Positions 48,710-58,194 of a stretch of DNA of 64,000 bases are shown here, piece after piece. The stretch comes from a virus (lineage: Duplodnaviria; Caudoviricetes). The stretch's first letter is position 1; every line of letters begins with the position of its first letter. The position numbers were made by a program, and so were the translations under genes. The notes beneath the pieces are model-generated. The model was not told the origin of the DNA, made no database searches, and saw only the letters and a list, made by a program, of their open reading frames with translations. The stretch is from positions 1-64,000 of the IMG/VR virus record IMGVR_UViG_3300014204_000128; one strand, 5' to 3'.

Positions 48710-50098
48710 ATGAATATTGATTTAGAAAAAGAAAGAATGATGTTCATCCTGGACAAGCTCTCTCAAGTAAATGCTTGCAAGGGTACAGGGTCAGCAGCTA
48801 AGAAAATTCAGTTAATAAAAGATTGCATAGTAGAAGGAGATGACTTGATCGAATTTGTTCTACGCACGGCATTCGACCCGTTCTGGGTGACTCATATAAG
48901 CACGATAAAGATGGTAGGAAACGATAGACCCTCTACAATAAGTTTCAGGGAATTAGTCGGATCGCTATTAAAGGTGAAAGCAGTCAATAATGATTTACGG
49001 GAAGAAGTAAGTGGGTACATACTCAGTTATCCTGAAACATACAGGGAAATGCTTGGCAAGTTGATAACGAAGAGAATCAATATCGGTGTTGATGTTAAAT
49101 CAATAAACAAGGCACTGGGAAAGGTACTCATTCAGGACGTTGAGATAATGAAAGCTGACTCTGATATAGAAATAGTTAAGAAGTGGTTCGAAACAGGGGA
49201 GGAAGTCTGGGCTGAGATGAAGTACGACGGGATTCGTGGTTTCTCTGAAATGGTTCGGGGTTCTGTTGTCTCAACTAAAACCTACAATATGTCTGAAATG
49301 GACATAGACATCATGTGCAACATTACGGAACAGTTGAACAAGATGGGTAAAACATGGATGAAGACACTCAATATAGACCATTTCTTCTTTGACTTCGAGT
49401 TGACAGATGCAGCACGCCAGTCTATCTCAGGTGAAATAAACAAACTGTTGAAGGGTACGGCAGCGAAAGGGTGTGATGAAAAGTGGAAGGCAAATATATT
49501 CGACGTTCACACGTGGGACATATTCGAAGGGGTAAAAAGTGAAGTATCATATAACAAAAGAAGATATATTCTCGAAGGTATTCACAAGTTAACGCTCAGG
49601 GATGGTGAACTTAAAAATATACTCATTGCTGAAAGATGGAAGGTTCATAATTATGAAGAACTGTTAGCACTATTTACACTTGTACTAGAACAAGGATGTG
49701 AGGGTCTGGTGGTGAAATGTGGATCAGGTGTGTATGAGTTGAAAAGATCAAAGAACTGGGTTAAGTGTAAGGCTGTGAAGGATTGTGATCTAATGATAGT
49801 ATCATGGTTCAAAGGAGAACAAGGAACTAAACGTGAAAAATCAATAGGTGGTTTCACTTGTGTAAGTTCTGACGGTGGTTTGGTTGTATCGGTTGGTTCC
49901 GGTTTCAAAGATAAGATGTTAGATGAAATCATGAAAAATGGGCCTGACTCATATATTGGTAAAATAGCAAAGATAAAGTACAATATGACTATTACCAAGA
50001 GTGATAGTGATATAATGTCTCTATTCCTACCGAGATTCGTTGAGATACGAATTGACAAGGCAGTGGCAAACTCAATAGAAGAAATAAAGAACATCTAA
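48710..50098 (+). CDS. ATP-dependent DNA ligase (T4 gp30-like)
   Basis: KYDGIR, FDFEL, IFDV, EGLVVK, WVKCK, VGSGF, LFLPRFVEIRIDK. Confidence 0.93.
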   Translation: MNIDLEKERMMFILDKLSQVNACKGTGSAAKKIQLIKDCIVEGDDLIEFVLRTAFDPFWVTHISTIKMVGNDRPSTISFRELVGSLLKVKAVNNDLREEVSGYILSYPETYREMLGKLITKRINIGVDVKSINKALGKVLIQDVEIMKADSDIEIVKKWFETGEEVWAEMKYDGIRGFSEMVRGSVVSTKTYNMSEMDIDIMCNITEQLNKMGKTWMKTLNIDHFFFDFELTDAARQSISGEINKLLKGTAAKGCDEKWKANIFDVHTWDIFEGVKSEVSYNKRRYILEGIHKLTLRDGELKNILIAERWKVHNYEELLALFTLVLEQGCEGLVVKCGSGVYELKRSKNWVKCKAVKDCDLMIVSWFKGEQGTKREKSIGGFTCVSSDGGLVVSVGSGFKDKMLDEIMKNGPDSYIGKIAKIKYNMTITKSDSDIMSLFLPRFVEIRIDKAVANSIEEIKNI

Positions 50099-50497
50099 TT
50101 GTAACGAAATTTAAAACATAAGGGTATGACAAGGGAAGAAGGTAAAGAAACTATTAAACGTGCTGAAGAACGTTTCACTGAGCTTACTAACAATTTAACC
50201 AAAAACATCACAATGATGGTATCTGTTATTACAGGGGTGCTGAATGGGTATTCAATCATGATTTAAAAACCAATATAGTTTGAATAAGGTATTCGTTAAT
50301 AAGGTCAGTTTTTGAATCTAAGTTTGGTTTTAACTAACAATAAGATCAAAGAGTTAACTACTAGTTGGGTAAATACATAGGTTGCGATGGGTTTACAACT
50401 GGTAAGTGCTCCAGGACGTACCACCAATGGTTTGGTAAACACACTAGTTGCAGTGAATTAATAGCATTAGAAATAAAAACAACTAACTATTTAGAAA

Positions 50498-50785
50498 ATG
50501 AAGACAAAAGACGGGGAAGGTAACAGGGTCGTGTATGTAGTGCAATCAACTATCAATATGGATGAAATTTATGTATTCACTGAAAATCCAGTCATGTGCG
50601 AAACTATGAGTAAAGTAACAGGTTCTAAGTGGTCTGCTGAAACAATAGTATATCACACTAATAAAAAGAAAGAACGTAAATTCGAATACAGGGGTTATAA
50701 GATACATGTGTGTGCTGAAATAAAGGGTCCAAGTAGGGGAAGCATAGAAAAAATGTTAAAGAAACGATTTGAATCAATTCATTAA
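50498..50785 (+). CDS. Hypothetical protein
   Basis: ORF. Confidence 0.55.
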   Translation: MKTKDGEGNRVVYVVQSTINMDEIYVFTENPVMCETMSKVTGSKWSAETIVYHTNKKKERKFEYRGYKIHVCAEIKGPSRGSIEKMLKKRFESIH

Positions 50786-50864
50786 TAAATTATAGTAAAG
50801 AAACTACGTACAAAAAGTACCACTTTTTTGGAACTATGCAAATGAGAAAACAAAGACGGACTAT

Positions 50865-51423
50865 ATGGATTATATAAAAGAACATTTAGATAAAATATGC
50901 AGTTACATATCTTCAAAAGACACTAATACGAAGATATCATTGCTAAACGAGGTAAGGGAAAGATTGCACAGCATTTCTCCTTTCAAGAACGAACCCAGTT
51001 GATTTAGTAACATGGGTTCCTAATAATATAGTAGTGGCAAACGACTACAATCCAAACAAGGTAGCACCACCAGAAATGGAACTACTTGAAGTTTCAATAG
51101 TAAATGATGGTTACACACAACCTATAGTGACGTGGTCTGAAGGTAACGGTAAAGTAGAAGTAATAGACGGTTTTCACAGGAACAGGGTCGGTAAAGAGTC
51201 TAATCTTGTCAGGCAACGTGTACTAGGTTACCTTCCAGTTGTAGGAATTCACAAAGAACAGTCTAACAAGAGTGACAGGAACATGCTAGTAGCTAGTATA
51301 GCATGCGTGCATGGTGAGGTAATAATGACATGGGGTACTAATGAAGAAGACAAGGTAAAGTACAAGGCTTTCAATTACAGATGGTATCAATGCACGGTGA
51401 TAAGTTCAACGGGTCATTCATAA
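50865..51423 (+). pseudogene. IbrB/YbdM-like ParB protein, frameshifted and 3'-truncated
   Basis: ATG at 50865 reads ...HSISPFKNEP. An extra C at 50994-96 shifts to VDLVTWV..VANDYNPNKVAPPEMELL...VIDGFHR. The canonical STIRHNRARG is absent. Confidence 0.8.
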
Positions 51424-51459
51424 ATGTACTATGTAATAAACTATATAATACTAAATAAC

Positions 51460-51984
51460 ATGCTAGACTTCGCATATTCACATGACTCAGATATAAATAA
51501 CGAGTACAGGAAATTACAGTTATCAGGTAAACACAAGGGTGCATTCTCATGCGGATACACAAGGTACAGTATTGATATAGAAAGCACGGACTGGAATACT
51601 ATCCAGATGGTATCAATGAATGGTGACAGGTTCAACGGTTACTTCGAAGCACAACTAAGAAGGGATTCTAACAGGGTTTCATCATTGTTCATATTCAGTG
51701 TTGAAGATGGTAACAAGTTGACGTACGGGAGGGATCTGGTAAGTTTCTTCAAACTGCTACTAGGTAGGTTCAACAAGGTAAATTTCAACGTCAACGTTGG
51801 TCATTACATGGAGGAAGTATACGACAGGATAGTAGAAAGACTAGGTGGTCGTGTCGTTGGTATCTATAAAGACCACGTGACGTTGCCTAACGGTAAACTG
51901 GTAGATAAGAAGGTGTACGAGATAATGTGCAACGATAATACTCCAGAGATAAAGAAAGAAGAAAATAAGACAATGGAATGTTAA
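51460..51984 (+). CDS. RimJ-like GNAT-fold protein
   Basis: FNKVNFNV..G....YDRIVERLGGRVVG..KDHV...NGKLVD...YEI. Confidence 0.65.
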   Translation: MLDFAYSHDSDINNEYRKLQLSGKHKGAFSCGYTRYSIDIESTDWNTIQMVSMNGDRFNGYFEAQLRRDSNRVSSLFIFSVEDGNKLTYGRDLVSFFKLLLGRFNKVNFNVNVGHYMEEVYDRIVERLGGRVVGIYKDHVTLPNGKLVDKKVYEIMCNDNTPEIKKEENKTMEC

Positions 51985-52058
51985 ACAAAATATGTACAGG
52001 GAAGTGTTTGGTGTATAAACAAGATGTAAAAATATTTTCTAAATTCCTTCAATATTTG

Positions 52059-52113
52059 TATTAAATATCGTAACATTTCATATCTTTGTAACGTTAAAAC
52101 AGTATAGAACGAA
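52059..52113 (+). promoter_or_regulatory. Repeated early-promoter element, copy 3
   Basis: 54/55 identical to 42980-43034, contains TATCTTTG. Confidence 0.8.
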
Positions 52114-52190
52114 ACACAATACTAATTATTATTAAAACTTAGAAATCATGTCAGCAACTTAACGATCATAATTATCTCGGGTGTGGGGTT

Positions 52191-52406
52191 GTGAACTATT
52201 TCCGTGTAGACCCAAGAAATATAATCAAACAAATACCTGAAATCATTAATCACTATGAAATATTCAAATCAAAATACGGTGATAAACTTACCAACTGGGT
52301 ATGGTCTGAAAGGTCAATATCAGACATGGAAGAGTTGGAAAGTAGTGATATCGAATTTGATTTCACGCTTATAGGTACTGAATTAGTAGAAAAACTTCTA
52401 TCATGA
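52191..52406 (+). CDS. Hypothetical protein or gene remnant
   Basis: GTG ORF. The ATG after the promoter (52148) encodes only MSAT*. Confidence 0.4.
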   Translation: MNYFRVDPRNIIKQIPEIINHYEIFKSKYGDKLTNWVWSERSISDMEELESSDIEFDFTLIGTELVEKLLS

Positions 52407-52594
52407 AAACAATAATAGTAACATCGAAAATGATAATGTCAGTAGCATGTAGTTTGAAGAATTACTGGTTAGACATGGCTGACATCTTTATAGGGTTGAT
52501 CATGATAATGGTGGCATCATTGTTTACCATGTCATGGTGTGTAAACGGTTTCGACCGTTACATCTTGACTATACTGGAAAGTTTTAATATCTGA
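52403..52594 (+). CDS. Small membrane protein
   Basis: Hydrophobic segment, ATGA overlap. Confidence 0.45.
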   Translation: MKTIIVTSKMIMSVACSLKNYWLDMADIFIGLIMIMVASLFTMSWCVNGFDRYILTILESFNI

Positions 52595-52634
52595 TAGAAT
52601 AATACTTTTCAGTAAATTATTTATTAGTAAATAG

Positions 52635-52664
52635 TTTGTATTTAAAAAGTATTTACTATATTTG
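52635..52664 (+). promoter_or_regulatory. Bacteroidota sigma-A-type promoter of the SNF2-IbrAB cassette
   Basis: TTTG-N18-TATATTTG. Confidence 0.7.
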
Positions 52665-52726
52665 TAATGTGAATATATCACAACCCAATGACTGAAGGGA
52701 AAAGAAGTTAGATAAAACTTACCACA

Positions 52727-53290
52727 ATGAATGCAACTATTAAAACAATCAGCATTGAAGCATTAGCTGAAAAAATCAACGGAAAATTATGGGTTAAAGG
52801 TGATGTAAAACGTATCTATTTAGATTGCGGTTACAACACAAATAAAATGTCAACCAAAACTTATGTATTCCAACGCCAAGACGGAACATTCGGAGTTAGT
52901 TGCACTGTTGACTGTCCAAGTCAAGACCCTGCTTGGATTAACTCACAAGAGGAAGCGATTGTAAATCCTTTAATGGAACAAATCAATGAAGTTATTGAGG
53001 AGTTTGGACACGAAATTGAAAACCCTGCAATTGAAATAAAAGCTACATTAGATGCAGAAGAGCAAGTTCAGGGCTATTATATGAGATGGCACGAGGTAAG
53101 AGTTGCAATTAACTCTTATGGAAAATTAGCTTATCGTAAACGTCAAAAAGTTCACACCTATAAAGGGGCGGGTTCAAAAACTCCTTCTGGTTTTATCGCT
53201 TTAAATGATAATCATTTTGCACAAGCACTTGAAATTGAAAGCAAAGAAAGTTTATTTGAATTTGGTCAAACTCCAAACTTTAAAGACTAA
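52727..53290 (+). CDS. Hypothetical protein (WVKGDVKRIY motif)
   Basis: First ORF of the cassette. Confidence 0.75.
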   Translation: MNATIKTISIEALAEKINGKLWVKGDVKRIYLDCGYNTNKMSTKTYVFQRQDGTFGVSCTVDCPSQDPAWINSQEEAIVNPLMEQINEVIEEFGHEIENPAIEIKATLDAEEQVQGYYMRWHEVRVAINSYGKLAYRKRQKVHTYKGAGSKTPSGFIALNDNHFAQALEIESKESLFEFGQTPNFKD

Positions 53291-53571
53291 TGATAAAATC
53301 AGTCAATATAAAGTTTGAAAAATTACTACACGATACGGGCAAGGCAATACTTGTCCGTATCAATGGGGCTGAACATTGGATACCAAAGAAACTTTGCAGA
53401 AAATTGATTGTAAATAATAAGATGGGAGGCAACGTATGTATTCCAACATTCATAGCTGAGCAAATTGGATTTGATATAGAAGATTGCAGCCCTGATGTAG
53501 AAGTAATTCATCACATACCTGAAGCACAAGACAAAGCAAATATAAAGCACGATGCAGACCTTTTTAGATAG
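53290..53571 (+). CDS. Small beta-barrel protein (TGKAILV...WIPK)
   Basis: TAATG-coupled ORF with a common phage motif. Confidence 0.7.
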   Translation: MIKSVNIKFEKLLHDTGKAILVRINGAEHWIPKKLCRKLIVNNKMGGNVCIPTFIAEQIGFDIEDCSPDVEVIHHIPEAQDKANIKHDADLFR

Positions 53572-54748
53572 CCAAATAAAAGCAATTGATAAATTGAACG
53601 CTGTTAAGTGCGGTGCTTTATTTATGGAGGCTGGCACAGGCAAAACACGTTCGGCTTTAGAACTCATAAAAAATACTGATGCCGATTACATATTGTGGTT
53701 TACTCCATTTCAAACAAAGGAAAATTTACAGGCTGAAATAAATAAATGGGGCGGATTAGATTGTGATATTGTTGGCATTGAAAGCATTCAAAACAGCGAT
53801 AGAATTTATTTAGAACTTTCTCAAAAATGCGAACAAGCTAAAAAGGCATTTATTGTTGTTGACGAAAGTCTGAAGATAAAAAACTCTGATGCCAATAGAA
53901 CACAACGCCTTTTGCAATTGGCTGAAAAATCAGCTTATCGTATAATATTGAATGGAACACCGTTGAGCCGAAACTTGCTTGACCTGTGGTCGCAAATGGA
54001 ATTTCTTTCTCCAAAAATTCTAAAGATGGGATTGGCAGAGTTTAAAAATACCTTCTGCGAATACATAAAAGTAACCTATCATTTACAAGGCTTTGGAATG
54101 TCTTACTCAAAAGAGTTTATCAAAAAATATCACAACATTGATTATCTCTATTCATTGATTGAGCCGTTTATTTTTGAAAGCAAACTATCATTGAGTATTG
54201 GGCAGCAGCATATTGATATTGATTATAGTTTAACTGATGAAGAAAAGGCACAACACGACAAACTGAAAGAAAAGTATTTAGATAATGAATATTTGCTTGC
54301 AAAGAACAACAATATCTTTTTGGAAATTACCCAAAAGATGCAGCATAATTATTCTTTAAGCCATTCAAAATTTGAGATAGTAGATAAGTTGTTGTCAGAA
54401 ATTGACAAGTCAAAAGTTTTGATTTACGCAAAGTATATAGACACTCAGGAGCAACTTTCAAAGCACTATAAAGATGTTCGTATAATGAGCCTACAAAAAC
54501 ACTCATACGGTTTGAATTTGCAGGATTACAACGCAATAGTTTTTTGGGATAAGACTTGGGATTATGCCCAGCGTGAACAAATTGAAAGGAGAATATTCCG
54601 CACCGGGCAAATATCAAATTGCGTTTACTATGATTTAACTGGAAATGTTGGACTTGAAGGAATGATAAATCAAAACATTGAACGTAAAAGAAACTTACTT
54701 GATGTATTTGCAGAAATGAGTGTTGAACAATTAAGAAAAAAATTATGA
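53552..54748 (+). CDS. Compact SNF2-like helicase
   Basis: FMEAGTGKT, VDES, LNGTP, GLNLQ, RRIFRTGQ. Confidence 0.88.
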   Translation: MQTFLDSQIKAIDKLNAVKCGALFMEAGTGKTRSALELIKNTDADYILWFTPFQTKENLQAEINKWGGLDCDIVGIESIQNSDRIYLELSQKCEQAKKAFIVVDESLKIKNSDANRTQRLLQLAEKSAYRIILNGTPLSRNLLDLWSQMEFLSPKILKMGLAEFKNTFCEYIKVTYHLQGFGMSYSKEFIKKYHNIDYLYSLIEPFIFESKLSLSIGQQHIDIDYSLTDEEKAQHDKLKEKYLDNEYLLAKNNNIFLEITQKMQHNYSLSHSKFEIVDKLLSEIDKSKVLIYAKYIDTQEQLSKHYKDVRIMSLQKHSYGLNLQDYNAIVFWDKTWDYAQREQIERRIFRTGQISNCVYYDLTGNVGLEGMINQNIERKRNLLDVFAEMSVEQLRKKL

Positions 54749-56019
54749 ATGTTTACGAAGCTACACAGCAACGATTAAAGATAATATTTTCAGAGTTTGA
54801 TAACGTTTATGTTTCATTCTCTGGCGGCAAGGATAGTGGAGTATTACTAAACCTTTGCATTGACTATATACGCCAGCATAATTTGAATATAAAACTCGGA
54901 GTTTTCCATTTAGATTATGAAGCTCAATACCAAATGACAACCGAATATGTCAATAAAACACTTGCTGAAAATACTGATATACTTGAAGTTTATCGTTGTT
55001 GCGTTCCTTTTAAGGTTGCCACATGCACGTCAATGCACCAAAATTACTGGCGACCTTGGGAAGAATCAAAACAAGATATTTGGGTTAGTAAAATGCCTGA
55101 GAATTGCTTTACAAAAAAGGACTTTTCATATTTTAAACCTACTATGTGGGATTATGAGTTTCAGGAACGATTTAGCCAATGGCTTCACGAACGAAACAGA
55201 GCAAAAAAAACATGTTGTCTTGTAGGCATCCGCACACAGGAAAGTCTTAATCGTTGGCGTGCTATTCACAGTGACCGCAATTACAAAAAATACAATGGTT
55301 TGAATTGGACAAAAGAAATGTACGAAAATGTTTATAATGCTTATCCTATATACGATTGGATCACAACTGATGTGTGGACAGCAAACGGGCGTTTTAAATG
55401 GGATTACAATAAACTTTATGACTTATATTATAAGGCTGGAGTTGGTATAGAACAACAAAGAGTTGCAAGTCCTTTTCTTTCAACCGCTCAAGGAAGCCTT
55501 AAACTTTATAAAATAATTGAACCTAACACATGGGGTAAACTAATAAGCCGTGTGAATGGCGTTAATTTTACGGGCTTATATGGTGGAACAACTGCAATGG
55601 GTTGGAATACAATTAAACTGCCCAAAGGCCACACGTGGGAAAGTTATATGTACTTTCTTTTAAGCACATTACCTGAAGAAACCAAGGCTAATTATTTAGA
55701 TAAACTTTCAACAAGCATGAGGTTTTGGCGTGAAAAAGGCGGTGTTCTTTCATCATTAACCATTGATAAGTTAAAGAAGTCAGGTATTAAATTTGAAGTT
55801 GGAAAAACAACCAATTATAATACTTCAAAGTTGCCTGTTAAAATGGATTACATTGATGAAATTGATATTGCAGAAGCTAAAGAAATACCAACGTTTAAAA
55901 GAATGTGTATTTGCATTATGAAAAACGACCATTTGTGTAAATACATGGGATTTACTCTCACAAAAAACGAAATGGCCAGACGTAAGAATATTATCGAAAA
56001 ATATAAACCATTATTATGA
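54745..56019 (+). CDS. IbrA/YbdN-like PAPS-reductase-family PP-loop protein with DUF3440
   Basis: SFSGGKDSG, GIRTQESLNR, YPIYDW, KRMCICIMKNDHLC. Confidence 0.92.
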   Translation: MNVYEATQQRLKIIFSEFDNVYVSFSGGKDSGVLLNLCIDYIRQHNLNIKLGVFHLDYEAQYQMTTEYVNKTLAENTDILEVYRCCVPFKVATCTSMHQNYWRPWEESKQDIWVSKMPENCFTKKDFSYFKPTMWDYEFQERFSQWLHERNRAKKTCCLVGIRTQESLNRWRAIHSDRNYKKYNGLNWTKEMYENVYNAYPIYDWITTDVWTANGRFKWDYNKLYDLYYKAGVGIEQQRVASPFLSTAQGSLKLYKIIEPNTWGKLISRVNGVNFTGLYGGTTAMGWNTIKLPKGHTWESYMYFLLSTLPEETKANYLDKLSTSMRFWREKGGVLSSLTIDKLKKSGIKFEVGKTTNYNTSKLPVKMDYIDEIDIAEAKEIPTFKRMCICIMKNDHLCKYMGFTLTKNEMARRKNIIEKYKPLL

Positions 56020-56531
56020 TGAAATCACCAGTTTACAACGTAAAGGCTGTGCCAATTGAAAAGATACACGCCAATAGTTACAATCCTAATTCAGTTGCTC
56101 CACCCGAAATGAAGCTATTGTATCAGTCTATTAAAGAAGATGGATATACGATGCCTATTGTATGTTATTATATATCTGAAACAGATAGTTATGAAATTGT
56201 AGACGGTTATCATAGATATACTGTTATGCTTACCCATAAGGATATTTATGAGAGAGAAAAGGGATTAATGCCTGTAGTTGTGATAGAAAAGGACGAATCT
56301 AATAGAATGGCATCAACAATACGACATAATAGAGCAAGAGGTAGCCACAATATTGAATTGATGAGTAATATAGTATCTGAACTCACTAAAGCAGGAATGA
56401 GTGATGCTTGGATATTAAAAAATATTGGCATGGATGCGGATGAGTTATTGAGATTAAAACAAATAACAGGACTTGCATCATTATTTTCAGACAAAGAATT
56501 TTCCCGTAGTTGGGAAGTAGATAAACCCTGA
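56016..56531 (+). CDS. IbrB/YbdM-like ParB/Srx protein
   Basis: ANSYNPNSVAPPEMKLL, IVDGYHRY, STIRHNRARG. Confidence 0.92.
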   Translation: MMKSPVYNVKAVPIEKIHANSYNPNSVAPPEMKLLYQSIKEDGYTMPIVCYYISETDSYEIVDGYHRYTVMLTHKDIYEREKGLMPVVVIEKDESNRMASTIRHNRARGSHNIELMSNIVSELTKAGMSDAWILKNIGMDADELLRLKQITGLASLFSDKEFSRSWEVDKP

Positions 56532-56608
56532 TTTTACTGTGGTAAGTTTTATAGGGCTGGCGAAGTGGGGAGGATGCTAGTTGCTCCCTTATTAAATAAA
56601 ATAACAAA

Positions 56609-56755
56609 ATGAAAACAAAAAAAGTAACAATTAGTCTTACTCAAGAACAGCAGGACAAAGCAAAAAAAGACAGTACAAGGGTGTTTGGTAAAGAAAACCT
56701 TTCCGGGTATATCCAGGTTTTAATACAAAAAGGTTCTGAAAAGATAAACAGGTAG
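56609..56755 (+). CDS. Ribbon-helix-helix (CopG-like) DNA-binding protein, 48 aa
   Basis: MKTKKVTISL-TQEQQDKAKK..FG-NLSGYIQVLI. Below the track cutoff. Confidence 0.65.
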   Translation: MKTKKVTISLTQEQQDKAKKDSTRVFGKENLSGYIQVLIQKGSEKINR

Positions 56756-57029
56756 TATAATAAGGTCATTGTTCAAAATAGAATAATAACGTACGTATTT
56801 AAGTAGTGCTAACATTTAATATATAAATATGGCAAAAAGTAATGAAAATTTAGTCGAATTGGGTGAAGACAAGCCAGAGTTCTCTAAGAACGTCGCATTA
56901 GGTCTAGTAAGAAACACCGAACAGGATCAGCGTATTTGACAGTGGTCAGTAGTGAATTCTTGCCTAACGGGCAAAGTAAATCAGTAAATACATCAAGTAA
57001 TAGAACTGAAACTAAATTAGCTGATTAGT

Positions 57030-57209
57030 ATGTTTAAGAATAAGAAATTAACTATGTTTTTGACAGACACTGAAACAGGTAATACGGTGAACTGTGAAAC
57101 AAACTTGGAAGAGATGTTGGAAACTTCCGAAAAGACAGGTACTAATACATTAATATCCGTTGTATCAGCAATGGTAGAACAATTAGATAACTTTAAAAAG
57201 GAAGGATAA
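57030..57209 (+). CDS. Small hypothetical protein (59 aa)
   Basis: Open frame flanked by a TAG-T-ATG junction and a TAATG overlap. Confidence 0.5.
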   Translation: MFKNKKLTMFLTDTETGNTVNCETNLEEMLETSEKTGTNTLISVVSAMVEQLDNFKKEG

Positions 57210-57436
57210 TGTTATGGTTGTATGAAAAAGTAGGTCCTACTACTGTATTTATATTCAAGTGTTTTATATTTATAATACCATTTGCAAAAGCTTGGAATTG
57301 TAGATAACACATTGAGTAAACAAACAACGTAATACATCGTATAACCTGGTGTATTAAGTTCATTGATAAAGTAGGGGTATTACTAGAAAATAAATATTTT
57401 GTATATTCGTGGTTCCATACCACGTTGTATACACAG

Positions 57437-57536
57437 AAACAATACTGCTAGGACAGTCACAGGACGTGATGGTAACAGGCTGGTGAAACCCGGGAGCATC
57501 TAATGTAACTCGGGCATATCCGAAGCAGTATTGTTT
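57437..57536 (+). ncRNA. Candidate structured RNA (multi-stem junction), family unknown
   Basis: 13-bp closing stem with inner hairpins in a GC-rich intergenic island. Strand inferred from the upstream TATATTCG. Confidence 0.5.
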
Positions 57537-57573
57537 TCAATATAAAATTATTAATATATTAATGTTTTAAATA

Positions 57574-58194
57574 ATGAACGAAGAGAACTTAATACTCAAT
57601 GAAACGGAAGTCAGAAACTCCAATTTAGATAATGTCATTGCACTCATGTGCTCAAATGGCCTAACTGATTACACGGAACTAGTAAAGGGAAAGAACGCAC
57701 TAGATACACTCGCAATTACGTGTTGCTTCTTAGGATCTAAGAACATTGCTGAAAAATCAACAGAAGGATACATGGTGATAGACTTGCCATCACTCGGTTA
57801 CAGGTTAGATAATGTAATAGTTTCTAAAAACTCTGAACATGGGCCAAACGTTCTTTATACAATTGTTTCTTTCAGACTTGTCAAGATATACCATGTGATT
57901 AGTTATAAGAACTCTACTGACGGGGTTCTCTCTTTATTCAATCATAAAAATAAAGGGTATACACGTGACTTACGAGTAGCTGGTATCTATACTGAAGAAG
58001 ATATTAAGCATAGTTTAGACTATTACCATAATGGTAACAACGTATGTATTCGCACTAACAAATTGTATTCTCACTTCACTTCTGCACATATTGTAGATTA
58101 CATGAAGTTACCTGAATTAGATTACACAGTAAGTAAAAAGGTACTAGAGGTTTCAGACATGGGAAGTTCAACGGAAACAGAAAAAAGTGAATAA
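57574..58194 (+). CDS. Hypothetical protein (GYTRDLRVAGIYT motif)
   Basis: ORF. Confidence 0.65.
   Translation: MNEENLILNETEVRNSNLDNVIALMCSNGLTDYTELVKGKNALDTLAITCCFLGSKNIAEKSTEGYMVIDLPSLGYRLDNVIVSKNSEHGPNVLYTIVSFRLVKIYHVISYKNSTDGVLSLFNHKNKGYTRDLRVAGIYTEEDIKHSLDYYHNGNNVCIRTNKLYSHFTSAHIVDYMKLPELDYTVSKKVLEVSDMGSSTETEKSE

Noticed and set aside
50100-50490. Non-coding RNA in the gap after the ligase
   Set aside because: No convincing stems. It reads as short, broken ORF remnants.
42980-52113. CRISPR or other RNA-guide array, or att sites
   Set aside because: The repeats are kilobases apart and contain promoter consensus. There are no regular spacers, cas genes or integrase.
57408-57536. Pistol or hammerhead ribozyme, SAM riboswitch, or tRNA
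   Set aside because: CGTGG/CCACG resembles pistol P1 but the AAA linker and 6-bp pseudoknot are missing. CTGGTGA is not followed by stem II-GAAA. There is no SAM-I core or cloverleaf.
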